Shown in pieces: positions 48,565 through 60,210 of a stretch of 64,000 nucleotides of DNA. The DNA is taken from the NCBI GenBank assembly GCA_002269645.1, contig NIVC01001184.1:248001-312000 (forward strand). The letters run 5' to 3'. The notes beneath the pieces were generated by a model, which saw only the letters and a program-made list of their open reading frames with translations, ran no database searches and had not been told where the DNA came from. The translations under genes were made by a program, and so were the position numbers. This stretch comes from Macrostomum lignano (lineage: Eukaryota). Position 1 is the first letter of the stretch; every line of letters starts with the position of its first letter.

Positions 48565-50012
48565 CCTTCAGTTGGTGTAGCAACCTTTCAGTTGGTGTAG
48601 CAACCTTTCAGTTGGTGTAGCAACCTTTCAGTTGGTGTACCTACCCTTCAATTGGTGTAGCTACCCTTCAGTTGGTGTAGCTACCCTTCAGTTGGTGTAG
48701 CTACCCTTCAGTTGGTGTAGCAACCCTTTAGTTGGTGTAGCAACCCTTCAGTTGGTGTAGCTACCCTTCAGTTGGTGTAGCTACCCTTCAGTTGGTGTAC
48801 CTACCCTTCAGTTGGTGTAGCAACCTTTCAGTTGGTGTAGCTACCTTTCAGTTGGTGTAGCAACCCTTCAGTTGGTGTAGCAACCCTTCAGTTGGTGTAG
48901 CTACCCTTCAGTTGGTGTACCTACCCTTCAGTTGGTGTACCTACCCTTCAGTTGGTGTACCTACCCTTCAGTTGGTGTAGCAACACTTCAGTTGGTGTAG
49001 CTACCCTTCAGTTGGTGTAGCTACCCTTCAGTTGGTGTAGCTACCCTTCAGTTGGTGTAGCTACCCTTCAGTTGGTGTAGCAACCCTTCAGTTGGTGTAG
49101 CTACCCTTCAGTTGGTGTAGCTACCCTTCAGTTGGTGTACCTACCCTTCAGTTGGTGTACCTACCCTTCAGTTGGTGTACCTACCCTTCAGTTGGTGTAC
49201 CTACCCTTCAGTTGGTGTACCTACCCTTCAGTTGGTGTAGCAACACTTCAGTTGGTGTAGCTACCCTTCAGTTAGTGTACCTACCCTTCAGTTGGTGTAG
49301 CTACCCTTCAGTTGGTGTAGCTACCCTTCAGTTGGTGTAGCTACCCTTCAGTTGGTGTAGCTACCCTTCAGTTGGTGTAGCTACCCTTCAGTTGGTGTAG
49401 CTACCCTTCAGTTGGTGTAGCTACCCTTCAGTTGGTGTAGCTACTCTTCAGTTGGTGTAGCTACCCTTCAGTTGGTGTAGCTACCCTTCAGTTGGTGTAG
49501 CTACCCTTCAGTTGGTGTAGCTACCTTTCAGTTGGTGTAGCTACCCTTCAGTTGGTGTAGCTACCCTTCAGTTGGTGTAGCTACCCTTCAGTTGGTGTAG
49601 CTACCCTTCAGTTGGTGTAGCTACCCTTCAGTTGGTGTAGCTACTCTTCAGTTGGTGTAGCTACCCTTCAGTTGGTGTAGCTACCCTTCAGTTGGTGTAG
49701 CTACCCTTCAGTTGGTGTAGCTACCCTTCAGTTGGTGTAGCTACCCTTCAGTTGGTGTAGCTACTCTTCAGTTGGTGTAGCTACCCTTCAGTTGGTGTAG
49801 CAACCCTTCAGTTGGTGTAGCTACCCTTCAGTTGGTGTAGCTACCCTTCAGTTGGTGTAGCTACTCTTCAGTTGGTGTAGCTACTCTTCAGTTGGTGTAG
49901 CTACCCTTCAGTTGGTGTAGCTACCTTTCAGTTGGTGTAGCAACCCTTCAGTTGGTGTACCTACCCTTCAGTTAGTGTACCTACCCTTCCGTTGGTGTAA
50001 GCAACCCTTCAG
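48565..50012. repeat. 20-bp minisatellite (GTTGGTGTAGCTACCCTTCA), ~70 copies
   Basis: Direct pattern. Confidence 0.97.
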
Positions 50013-50249
50013 TTTTTCCACTACCCAGTCTACTCTGTACCCTAATCTTCTGCGTTCTACTTGTTCTCCTGCGCATAAATCTATGGCATAAATAAAAGCC
50101 AATTGAAGTGAAAAAATTGACGCCTGCATTTATAGCATTTTGTCTCGCTTCTTATTGGGACACTTTAAAACAATTAATGCAAATTTTTATTACAATGTTC
50201 GTATCATACTACTTTTTCGTTAGTTATTTTTTCAATCAATCCTTCCCAG

Positions 50250-50549
50250 TCTGACGATCCCTCCGGACTGGTCGGTCGAGTTCACACTGGGCCGAGTGGG
50301 CGGCTTCGATTCAGCTTGATTTCGAATCGACTTCGCTTATGGAATCTTGTGGGCCGCTGCCTCACAGTGAGCAAGTCTGCCGGTTGCAGCGAGAACGTCT
50401 GCGCCGCAGGCATTGTGGCGCGATCTGCAGGGCTATTCGCCAACGACAAACGAATCTGCTCCTGCGATGGCGTTGAAATTTGGAGCGAACGCGACGTGCC
50501 ATCGGTTGGGGCTGGTAGAGCCGCTGCTGCGGCCGCTTTGAAAAAGTGA
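50250..50549 (+). CDS. CCS: CCS exon 3 (end of SOD-like domain plus CXC domain III); 275 aa spliced
   Basis: CCTTCCCAG acceptor 50249 phase 0; AAGIVARSAGLFANDKRICSCDGVEIWSER. Confidence 0.93.
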   Translation, partial: SDDPSGLVGRVHTGPSGRLRFSLISNRLRLWNLVGRCLTVSKSAGCSENVCAAGIVARSAGLFANDKRICSCDGVEIWSERDVPSVGAGRAAAAAALKK

Positions 50550-50824
50550 ATGCATTCAGTCTGACGATATGTATCGAAATAATATTTTTATTGCACTTTA
50601 AAAATTTATGAGCTTTGCTCTGCAGGAAACTTGAGTACGAGTCATTATTTTACAAGCGTACAAATTAGATCTTATGTAGCCGATATGTATCGGAAATTGT
50701 CTAGTTACTTAAAATCGTTATCAGAATTGATTTAACTTGCAGCCTAATTTTATACGAGCTATGCCACCATTTGGAGTCGGATTTGGAATTTTTTTTATCT
50801 CAATGGTCAGGGAAAGAAAACAGA

Positions 50825-52038
50825 GCATTACTGCGGGCCAGAGGAGGGGAGAAAGGAGATAGAGGAATAAGAGGAGAGGAGATGAAAGATAAAATAGGAG
50901 AGAAGGAAAGGGAGAGCTGATGGAGAAGATGAGAGAGAGTAGAGAAGAGAGAGGAGTGGAGAGGAGAGAAGGGAAGGGAGAGGAGAGAAGGGAAGGGAGA
51001 GGAGAGGAGGGAAGGGAGAGAAGAGGAGGGTAGGGAAGGGAGAGGAGAGAAGGGAAGGGAGAGGAGAGGAGGGAAGGGAGGGAAGGGAGAGGAGAGGAGA
51101 GAGGGAAGGGAGAGGAGAGGAGAGAAGGGAAGGGAGAGGAGAGGAGAGAAGGGAAGGGAGAGGAGAGGAGGGAAGGGAGAGGAGAGGAGAGGAGAGGAGA
51201 GAAGGGAAGGGAGAGGAGGGAAGGGAGAGGAGAGGAGAGAAGGGAAGGGAGAGGAGAGGAGAGAAGGGAAGGGAGAGGAGAGGAGGGAAGGGAGAGGAGA
51301 GGAGAGGAGAGGAGGGAAGGTAATGGAGAGGAGAGGAGAGAAGGGAATGGAGAGGAGAGGAGAGAAGGGAAGGGAGAGGAGAGGAGAGAAGGGAAGGGAG
51401 AGGAGAGGAGGGAAGGGAGAGGAGAGGAGAGGAGAGAAGGGAATGGAGAGGAGAGGAGAGAAGGGAAGGGAGAGGAGAGGAGAGAAGGGAGAGGAGAGGA
51501 GGGAAGGGAGAGGAGAGAAGGGAATGGAGAGTAGAGGAGAGAAGGGAAGGGAGAGGAGAGGAGAGAAGGGAAGGGAGAGGAGAGGAGAGGAGGGAAGCGA
51601 GAGAAGAGGAGGGAAGGTAATGGAGAGGAGAGGAGAGAAGAGGAGAGGAGAGAAGGGAGAGGAGAGGAGGGAAGGGAGAGGAGAGAAGGGAATGGAGAGG
51701 AGAGGAGAGAAGGGAAGGGAGAGGAGAGGAGGGAAGGTAATGGAGAGGAGAGGAGGGAAGGGAGAGGAGAGGAGAGGAGGGAAGGGAGAGGAGAGAAGGG
51801 AATGGAGAGGAGAGAAGGGAAGGAAGAGGAGAGGAGGGAAGGAAGAGGAGAGGAGAGAAGGGAAGGGAGAGAAAAGGAGAGGAGAGGAGGAGTGGAGAGA
51901 AGGGAAGGGGAGACGAAAGGAGACTAGAGAAGGGAGCTAGAAGAGACGTTCACCTTGAGCGGGCCGGATTGCTATTGTGAATTTTAAAATTAAAACCCGG
52001 ATACAGAGGCTCTGCGGGCCGAAGTTTGCGGACCCCTG
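50825..52038 (+). mobile_element. Polypurine-core hAT MITE copy with the core expanded to ~1.1 kb; 5' TIR lost
   Basis: ACTGCGGGCCAGAGG 5' part, GGAGA/GGGAA repeats, CCTTGAGCGGGCCGGATTGCTATTGTG and 3' TIR GTTTGCGGACCCCTG. Confidence 0.75.
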
Positions 52039-52959
52039 ATTCGAGCAATAATGTATCGTAAAAAATTCAGTCAAATATTTTCTAGAAAACCAGATCATTT
52101 TTCCGATATGTATCGAAAGTAGTATTTGTCAAGCGCAAATTACACAAAGCATTGAAGAGACTGACAAAGACTGACTTTCTTTGTTATAACGCGTCTATTT
52201 ACGTGCTTCGACCGTACAGTTTTGCTACATTCATCAAAATAAAAGTGCATTCATATCCATTAACCAGCCAGAGAAATTTGGGCTTTCCAACACTGAAAAT
52301 CCATACATATTGAACCACTCAAAAAAACCACCTTTCTAGTTTGCATTAATTATCGAAATCTGCTGATAATAACTTTAATCTGAAGTCGAGGAAGTGCTTG
52401 CTCAGCAAAATCAATCGTCTGTAGTGTAATGAGCTGTGATGGCTTTGTTACCGTGGCAACAAGTTCGGCGCACATCTTTTATAGACTTCCAACCTTTGAG
52501 TGGCAGATTTTGTTGCATCAAATTTCTCCCAAAGGATTTCATGTTGAGTCTAAAGCAGAGATTTAAACAATAGAAAATACCAGAGTGTTTGCTTTTGTAG
52601 ACGAAAATTTGCTCATGCTAGATTCCAATCGATTGTAGATGTCTGAGCAGGCCACTAGATAGATGACTATTTAAATTTGCTTCTGTCTTTGCAACTGCAA
52701 TCTGAATGTGAGCTATTCTAGCTCTGAAGCTGCAGCCTTCATCGATCGTTCAGGGACATTGCGTAAGATTGTCACTGCTGTTTGTGCTTTCTTGTTATAA
52801 TATTAAATTGTATGGGGCAATAAATTTGCATTTTTGTCAATTATCGCAAAAATATGGTGCGCAGGCTGAGGCCCTTAAAATGAATAAATAGAGGTGCCCT
52901 GAAATGCTTAGAAGTGGCGCTATGAGGTGCTTAGATCTGGCGTCATGAGTTGCTTAGGT

Positions 52960-53655
52960 TTGGCCCTATGGGAGTGCCTAGATGCTTAGAGCTAGGTGCC
53001 TAGATTTGGGCCCATGGGAGTGCTTAAATGCTTATAGTTGGGGTGCCTAGATTTGGGCCCATGGAGTGCTTAGATGCTTAGAGCTGAAGTGCCTAGATTT
53101 GGGCCCATAGGAGTGCTTAGATGCTTATAGCTGAAGTGCCTAGATTTGGGCCCATAGGAGTGCTTAGATGCTTATAGCTGGGGTGCGTAGATTTGGGCCC
53201 ATAGGAGTGCTTAGATGCTTAGAGCTGAAGTGCCTAGATTTGGGCCCATAGGAGTGCTTAGATGCTTATAGCTGGGGTGCCTAGATTTGGGCCCATAGGA
53301 GTGCTTAGATGCTTATAGCTGGGGTGCGTAGATTTGGGCCCATAGGAGTGCTTAGATGCTTAGAGCTGAAGTGCCTAGATTTGGGCCCATAGGAGTGCTT
53401 AGATGCTTATAGCTGGGGTGCCTAGATTTGGGCCCATAGGAGTGCTTAGATGCTTATAGCTGGGGTGCGTAGATTTGGGCCCATAGGAGTGCTTAGATGC
53501 TTAGAGCTGAAGTGCCTAGATTTGGGCCCATAGGAGTGCTTAGATGCTTATAGCTGGGGTGCCTAGATTTGGGCCCATGGAGTGCTTAGATGCTTATAAC
53601 TAGGTGCCTAGATTTGGGCCCATGGGAGTGCTTAGATGCTTAGAGCTAGGTGCTT
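52960..53655. repeat. 47-bp minisatellite with three-unit higher-order structure
   Basis: Unit CTAGATTTGGGCCCATAGGAGTGCTTAGATGCTTATAGCTGGGGTGC with cycling variants. Confidence 0.92.
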
Positions 53656-53836
53656 GTACATGTAGATCTGGCGCTATGTAATCGCTAAAATTATTAAGAG
53701 GCTCAATAACGTGCGCAGAGCTCCAAGAAAACCAATGCATGTTCGCAGAAGATATAACACAGGATTTTGTTAAATTGTTTCAAACTTACTCGTTCCTAGC
53801 ATGAGATCCAAACAAAACTAGCATAGCAACCAAACT

Positions 53837-54199
53837 ATGCTGACGCCTCGTTCTTCGTTCCGCTCCATCGTCTATCAATTCGCCAACGATTCGAGCGTTC
53901 ACGGGCTGTCCCGTTTAGTTGGCAATCGGCCAATTCACCTCAAACTGTGCTGGTGTCTCAGCTGCCTCCTGCTAGCCGGCTGGTTCGCCTTCTCGCTGTC
54001 AATCTGCGTAGGTAAACTGCTCAGCCGCAGGCATAGCACCGCTATTTACACTGAAGACGTGGATTTCCAGTTCCCGGATGTGTACATCTGCCCGACTAGT
54101 CCGTTCTCGGGCAGCTATTCGGTCAGCCTGAGCCAGTCGGGTGCTGGGCAGCTGCGGACTAAACTGAAGGAAGTGGAAAGCTGGCTCAATGGAAGTCAG
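53837..54199 (+). CDS. DEG/ENaC-family sodium channel, exon 1 (~583 aa total)
   Basis: FANDSSVHGL (HG motif), TM1, FPDVYICP; donor probably GC-type CAG|GCGAGT. Confidence 0.87.
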
Positions 54200-54334
54200 G
54201 CGAGTGCATGGCGGTTGGGGTGGTGGGTTATTGTGCAGTGTACATATGTGCATGTACAGTCTGGGTGGGTGTCTATGATGGCTCTGGTTTAGATAGATTA
54301 AATAATTAAGGGAAGACCAACTGACTCAGGAGTG

Positions 54335-54600
54335 AATGGGGGCAAATTGGGGTGAATGAGGGCGGATGGAGTGAATTGAGGCGAATGAAGTGAATTAAGG
54401 CGGATTGAGTTAATAGAAGTGAATGGGTTGCGGATGGAGTGAGTGGGTTTGCGGATGGAGTGAATGGGTTGCGGATGGAGTGAATGGGGTTGCGGATGGA
54501 GTGAATGGGGTTGCGGATGGAGTGAATGGATTGCGGATGGAGTGAATGGGGTTGCGGATGGAGTGAATTGGGCTGTTGGTGTGAATGAGTTCCGCATAGA
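54335..54600. repeat. 20-21-bp minisatellite (GCGGATGGAGTGAATGGGTT), intronic
   Basis: Direct pattern. Confidence 0.88.
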
Positions 54601-54637
54601 GTGAACAGCTAGGATCACCATAAACCCCAATTCGCAG

Positions 54638-55304
54638 ACCGCAGCCAGCGGACAAGTGTCCGACCAAATAAAAGTGGCCGTGAACTCGCTGCCCTACCAG
54701 CTGCTGGCGGACACTATTGGCCATAGACTATCGCAGATGGTCCCCCTATCCAGATTCCGAGGCGCCTGGACTGTTGGCCACCTGATGGACGGCAGCCTGC
54801 GCCAAGTTCGCTGGGAGCCATTCTACCATCCGGAGCACCTGCGCTGCGCTAAACTGTTATTATCCGACCTTGAACAGCTAATGCTGAGTCTACCGATGAA
54901 TCATCTGGAGATTCTATTAATAGCTGATTCGGCTACCCAGCTATTCTCACTGACCGACACGATTCATTTCTACGGTTCCGACGGCCCGAGACGGATTGCG
55001 GTGCCGGCAGCAAAGTGGAGCTTAGCCAATGGGTTTGATGGCTTCAACTCGGCGGGGCTGAGGCTGCTGCTCACTGAGAAGAACACGTATCCTGGTGCAC
55101 AGTCCGCTGGGATGCTGCTGTCGCCTGGGCTCGCTGTTGAAGCTAGAATCAGCATGCTGGAGACGAGGCACAATGTTGCCGAGTTCGGCGAAGAAGACTG
55201 CCTCGGCAAAGAGGTTGCCGGGCGCACCGTGTACTTTCTTAATCCTTACGATCATGCTAATCCGTACGAGTTTCGGTACAGCCAGGATTACTGCTATTAT
55301 GCGG
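54638..55304 (+). CDS. DEG/ENaC exon 2
   Basis: TTCGCAG acceptor 54637; donor G|GTGAGT 55305, phase 1. Confidence 0.82.
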
Positions 55305-55400
55305 GTGAGTGGGTGGGGCTTGAGGTAGTGTATGGTTGTGGTAACCCTAACCCTAGACCCTAACCCCACCCCAACCCTGAACCGATCAACCGCTTGCCAG

Positions 55401-56122
55401 AACTCCTCAGGCGGCAGTTTGGGCACTTCAACTGCAGCGAAGGCCAGTACCCCGCGCCGATGCCCGTCGTCAGCCCCGGCGGCGATGGCAAAGTGACTCT
55501 GGGCAGCTGCTACAACTGGTCTCTAGCCGCATCAATGTCATTCGGAGACGGCCTCAATCTCACCACTTTGAGAGCCGCACCGCGAGACGCGGCTCTCGCC
55601 TGCGCCAAGCAAAGACCCTGCCAACGACGGACCTACAGCGTGGCCTGGTCTGCGGCCATGTGGCCAAGCGAATCCGACGCCGTCCCTCTGGTTGCAGCTT
55701 TCCGCAGTCGCCTACAAGAAAAGCCGGCCGAACCGAAGCCGCTGTTTCACTATCTGGTCAATAACTGCTCGGTTGGAGATGCCAAATTGTACAGCAGTCT
55801 GCGGGCTCAGGCCATGCTGCTGAAGCTGTCGGCAGCGAACCAGCTGTCCAGCCGGGTGCAGGTGTCCCTAGCTTACACCAGCTACGAGATGTTCGCAGAG
55901 GTTGGCGGCATACTTGGCTTGTATCTGGGCTGCTCTATTCTAACCATAGTTGAAGTGCTGGAATTGTTGCACAATCTATTAGCGCTGATGCTGTGTCCGA
56001 CTACTAGCAGTAGTGATGACTGGGAGGAGCAGCCGAAATCTGACCAGGCCTCGGATTGGAAAGAAAATTCAACACCGGCAACCAACGAGATGTCGCTGCA
56101 GAGTCTCGAGGCCGACGGATGA
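55401..56122 (+). CDS. DEG/ENaC exon 3
   Basis: TTGCCAG acceptor 55400; PCQRRTY; TM2 AEVGGILGLYLGCSILTIVEVLE with GxS filter. Confidence 0.9.
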
Positions 56123-56200
56123 AAATTTAATCTAACACTATCGAGAGCCTTCGAGACGGATACAGTCAAGTACAAGTGTTAAACTTTTTTGTATAGTGGA

Positions 56201-56410
56201 CTAGCAATCAGCGCCCCCCCCCCGCTGGGGACGCGATAGAGAAAGGAATCAATGTTTTTGAAAAAAACTACATGCAGTTTTTAACCTTTCACTCTCTCTG
56301 ATGCTTGGCCTATCAACAACTCCCAATTGACCCTTGGCATATCAACAACTCCCAATTGACCCTTGGCATATCAACAATCCCCCAAGAGCCACAGCATTTC
56401 AGCGATTCCC
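56201..56410 (-). mobile_element. Helitron-like 3' terminus, copy 2
   Basis: Same CTAGCAATCAGCGCCCCC hairpin end and shared ACAACT..AATTGA.CCTTGGCAT segment as 31671-31930. Confidence 0.55.
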
Positions 56411-57611
56411 CGTGAGCCTTAACGTCTTGGCAATTTTCCTAAACTAAATTCACAAGATCTCACCTTCTAGACAATTTCCAATTCCCGAGGGCAGCTTATC
56501 CGAGTTGATTTACAAGCCGAGTTATGTATAATTTTGAGGTTTTACCATAGACAAAACTTGCTTAGAAACGTAAGGAAATGCGACCAGATAAAATACACTA
56601 ATGGTATGGGTACTGTTCAATACCTTTGCAACAGGCATTGTAAAAAATTGAATAAAAAACCGAACTAGGCACTATAAGTAGTATTTATCTAGTAAAGAAG
56701 TTGTGTTCAAATAGAACTACGAACTTCAATGCTGAAAACAAAGACAAGTTACCCGAGGGCAATAGATAAAACGGTTTATTATCGAATACAACAGACTATA
56801 ATTACAACAGCAATTAAGGTGTAACATTATTTTGCTTCGTTTGTTAATCTGCTAAAATCATAGTGACATAAGACGATAAAACCTACTTATAGCAAAAGTA
56901 CTTATAGGAAATATACTTCGATTTATCACAAAACTCAAAAACGCATTTGAAAAATTATAAGCTTCAATTTTTCTTCTCTTGCAAAATGCATTTAAATAAA
57001 GTAGAAAAAATGTATAAAAAAACAAATCACAAAACTGGTAGATCTGCTAATTAAAGGACTAGATTACATTTTTAGCTAAGCACAACAACGAGCTAACGGA
57101 CGTGACCCCTGTTGGGCGAGAATTTGCATTGAAAATATTGGATTTTATGAATAATTGTTTATATATCAGCAGCAGATAATTCACAGTTAAAAGTTATAAA
57201 AATAAGCAACGGAAAGTTTCGCTAAACTCTACTCATGCAGGCCAAACATAGTCAGTTGCACTGCGGGCTGCTAGTAAATAATTTTATAGGAGTAAATATG
57301 GAAGGATACTGCAAGCATAAAATCTACATTTCATTTTTTGGTTTTGCACAAAAATGATATTGAGGCTGCACTAACTACTGTTAGTACTGTACTGTGGAAG
57401 TAATAGGATAGGGAATATAGTAAGACTACAAGGTTTGCAACAAAATAAAGGACTGAGTTTATTATTTTACGGAAAACATCAAGATGAGTAATAAAATAAA
57501 TCTGATCTAATATGTGCGGATAAATCTAAATAAAAACTTCATCAAATCTAATGAATGAAACAACAAAAAACGTTTTTTATGTGCCGTGTGCTGTGTTGCT
57601 CAGCGGTTGCA

Positions 57612-58450
57612 CCATTAGGTAGACAGCGAATCCCTATTAGGTAGACAGCGAATCCCCATTAGGTAGACAGCGGATCCCAATTAGGTAGACAGCGGATCCC
57701 TATTAGGTAGACAGCGGATCCCAATTAGGTAGACAGCGGATCCCTATTAGGTTGATAGCGGATCCCTAATTAGGTTGATAGCAGATCCCCATGTGGTAGA
57801 CAGCGGATCCCTGTCAGGTAGACAGCGAATCCCCATTAGGTAGACAGCGGATCCCAATTAGGTAGACAGCGGATCCCAATTAGGTAGACAGCGGATCCCA
57901 ATTAGGTAGACAGCGGATCCCCGTTAGTTAGATAGCGGATTCCTATTAGTAGACAGCGGATCCCTATCAGGTAGACAGAGAATCCCCATTAGGTAGACAG
58001 CGGATCCCTAATAGGTAGACAGCGGATCCCTATTAGGTTGATAGCGGATCCCTATCAGGTAGACAGCGAATCCCCATTAGGTAGACAGCGGATCCCTAAT
58101 AGGTAGACAGCGGATCCCTATTAGGTTGATAGCGGATCCCTATTAGGTTGATAGCGGATCCCTATCAGGTAGACAGAGAATCCCCATTAGGTAGACAGCG
58201 GATCCCTAATAGGTAGACAGCGGATCCCTATTAGGTTGATAGCGGATCCCTAACAGGTAGACAGCGAATCCCCATTAGGTAGACAGCGGATCCCTAATAG
58301 GTAGACAGCGGATCCCTAATAGGTAGACAGCGGATCCTCATTAGGTAGACAGCGGATCCCCGTTAGTTAGATAGCGGATTCCTATTAGTAGACAGCGAAT
58401 ACCAATTAGGTAGACAGCGGATCCCCATTAGGTAGACGGCGGATCCCCAA
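57612..58450. repeat. 22-23-bp minisatellite (ATTAGGTAGACAGCGGATCCC.) immediately 3' of the GABBR1 stop
   Basis: Direct pattern. Confidence 0.95.
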
Positions 58451-58460
58451 ATCTCGCAGT

Positions 58461-58850
58461 TCACAGGTAGGTCTCAGTAGACAGCAGGTCGGTAGAAGCA
58501 ACGGGACAATTCCTCTGCTGCTGCTGAGAGTGCAGCATCCGACTTGATGAGGCCACCACATCCGAGCAAGAGTAGAATCCGCTGGTAGCTTCGGCAACTT
58601 CGATGCCCAAACCGCCGCCACCGCGATGGCCTGCAGCCCCGCGACCCACGGCGCCGCCTCCGCCACTTTCGCTGCGAACTCTACCGCCAGCTCCGCCGTC
58701 GCCTCCGCCGCTAGCGCCGCAATTATCCATCCAATCAGCCAGCTGTTTGTGCAGGCTGCGCAATCTTACTTCGCAATTGCTAATCTGGCCTCTTAATTTG
58801 TCGTTCTCTTCTAGCATCTGTGCGTAGCGCTCCTCCTCCTCTTTAGACAC
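58461..58850 (-). CDS. GABBR1: GABA-B receptor subunit 1, last exon (coiled coil)
   Basis: CAG acceptor 58851; EEEERYAQMLEENDKLRGQISNCEVRLRSLHKQL. Confidence 0.85.
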   Translation of the reverse strand: MSKEEEERYAQMLEENDKLRGQISNCEVRLRSLHKQLADWMDNCGASGGGDGGAGGRVRSESGGGGAVGRGAAGHRGGGGLGIEVAEATSGFYSCSDVVASSSRMLHSQQQQRNCPVASTDLLSTETYL

Positions 58851-59184
58851 CTGCTAGTATTATGATTATTTGTTGAAAAATGTCGTCAAAATTCACTACT
58901 TGTCTACTGAATAGTAGAGTAGATGCAGAAATTATATTTGTAAGACAATATTCGCTACTTGGCTTCATATAAGTAGCGTATTTAGCGCATTAACAATCAA
59001 AACCCACAAATTTCACGGGGACGAAATTTCGTAAATTTTTCTCGTAAATATATTTAAGTAGGCAATAGGCAATATTTGCTACTTAGCTACTTTAAGTAGA
59101 ATAGTTAGCATACAGACAAATGGTTGTGAAAGCCATTTGGAAAACCGGTAATAAGCAAGCGAGCCCCACACGTAAATGACTCAC

Positions 59185-59445
59185 TGTTCCTCCGCCTGCT
59201 CCGTCCGGTCCGCTGCTGGTCCCGCCGTTGCTCTTGGATTCGCTCGACTGCGACTTCACCACCTCGGCCACTTTGGGTAGAAACAGCAAGCCGAGGCTTA
59301 GCACGCAGCACAGCCAGGCGGCTATGCTCACGAAAGCAAAGATAGCGGTCTCCTGGGCGCTGATGATCAGAGTGACCGGGGCTGTGATGACGCACAGCAC
59401 TACGGTGTTGTATACAGCCATGCCTGCGAAACGGCTGTCCCACAC
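59185..59445 (-). CDS. GABBR1: GABBR1 exon (TM6-TM7)
   Basis: DSRFAGMAVYNTVVLCVITAPV...LFLPKV; donor ACA|GTGAGT 59184. Confidence 0.92.
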
Positions 59446-59519
59446 CTGCGGTTGATAGCGATAACCCTCATTGTTGGTTAATCTATTTCACAGGTGGATT
59501 AGATAGGGAGAGGGCGTAT

Positions 59520-60172
59520 GAGGGGAGGGGCGGGCGGGTAGAGGAAGGGTGGATAGGTAAAGGGGCAGATAGGTAGAGGGGCGGATAGAGAAGCGGATAG
59601 AGGAGCAGATATAGGAGCGGATAGAGGAGCGGATAGGTAGAGAAGCGGACAGAGGAGCGGACAGGTAAAGAGGCGGACAGGTAGAGAGGCGGACAGGTAG
59701 AGAGGCGGACGGACAGGTAGAGAGGCGGACAGGTAGAGAGGCGGACAGGTAGAGAGGCGGACAGGTAGAGAGGCGGACAGGTAGAGAGGCGGACAGGTAG
59801 AGAGGCGGACAGGTAGAGAGGCGGACAGGTAGAGAGGCGGACAGGTAGAGAGGCGGACAGGTAGAGAGGCGGACAGGTAGAGAAGCGGACAGAGGAGCGG
59901 ACAGGTAGAGAGGCGGACAGGTAGAGAGGCGGACAGGTAGAGAGGCGGACAGGTAGAGAAGCGGACAGGTAGAGAGGCGGACAGGTAGAGAGGCGGACAG
60001 GTAAAGAGGCGGACAGAGGAGCGGACAGAGGAGCGGACAGGTAGAGAGGCGGACAGGTAAAGAGGCGGACAGAGGAGCGGACAGGTAGAGAGGCGGACAG
60101 GTAGAGAGGCGGACAGGTAAAGAGGCGGACAGAGGAGCGGACAGAGGAGCGGACAGCTAGAGGCGGACAGGC
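59520..60172. repeat. 16-bp minisatellite (GGACAGGTAGAGAGGC), intronic
   Basis: Direct pattern. Confidence 0.94.
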
Positions 60173-60210
60173 TGAGAAAACAAGTCGCACAGCAGTCCTG
60201 GAGCGCCCAC

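Noticed and set aside
48565-50012. CRISPR-like appearance of long regular arrays (also 42680-43548, 57612-58450)
   Set aside because: Head-to-tail units with no unique spacers and no cas genes, in a eukaryotic context
51323-51940. 205-aa Arg/Glu/Gly-rich ORF (also 33070 and 8038)
   Set aside because: Translation of polypurine or polypyrimidine repeats
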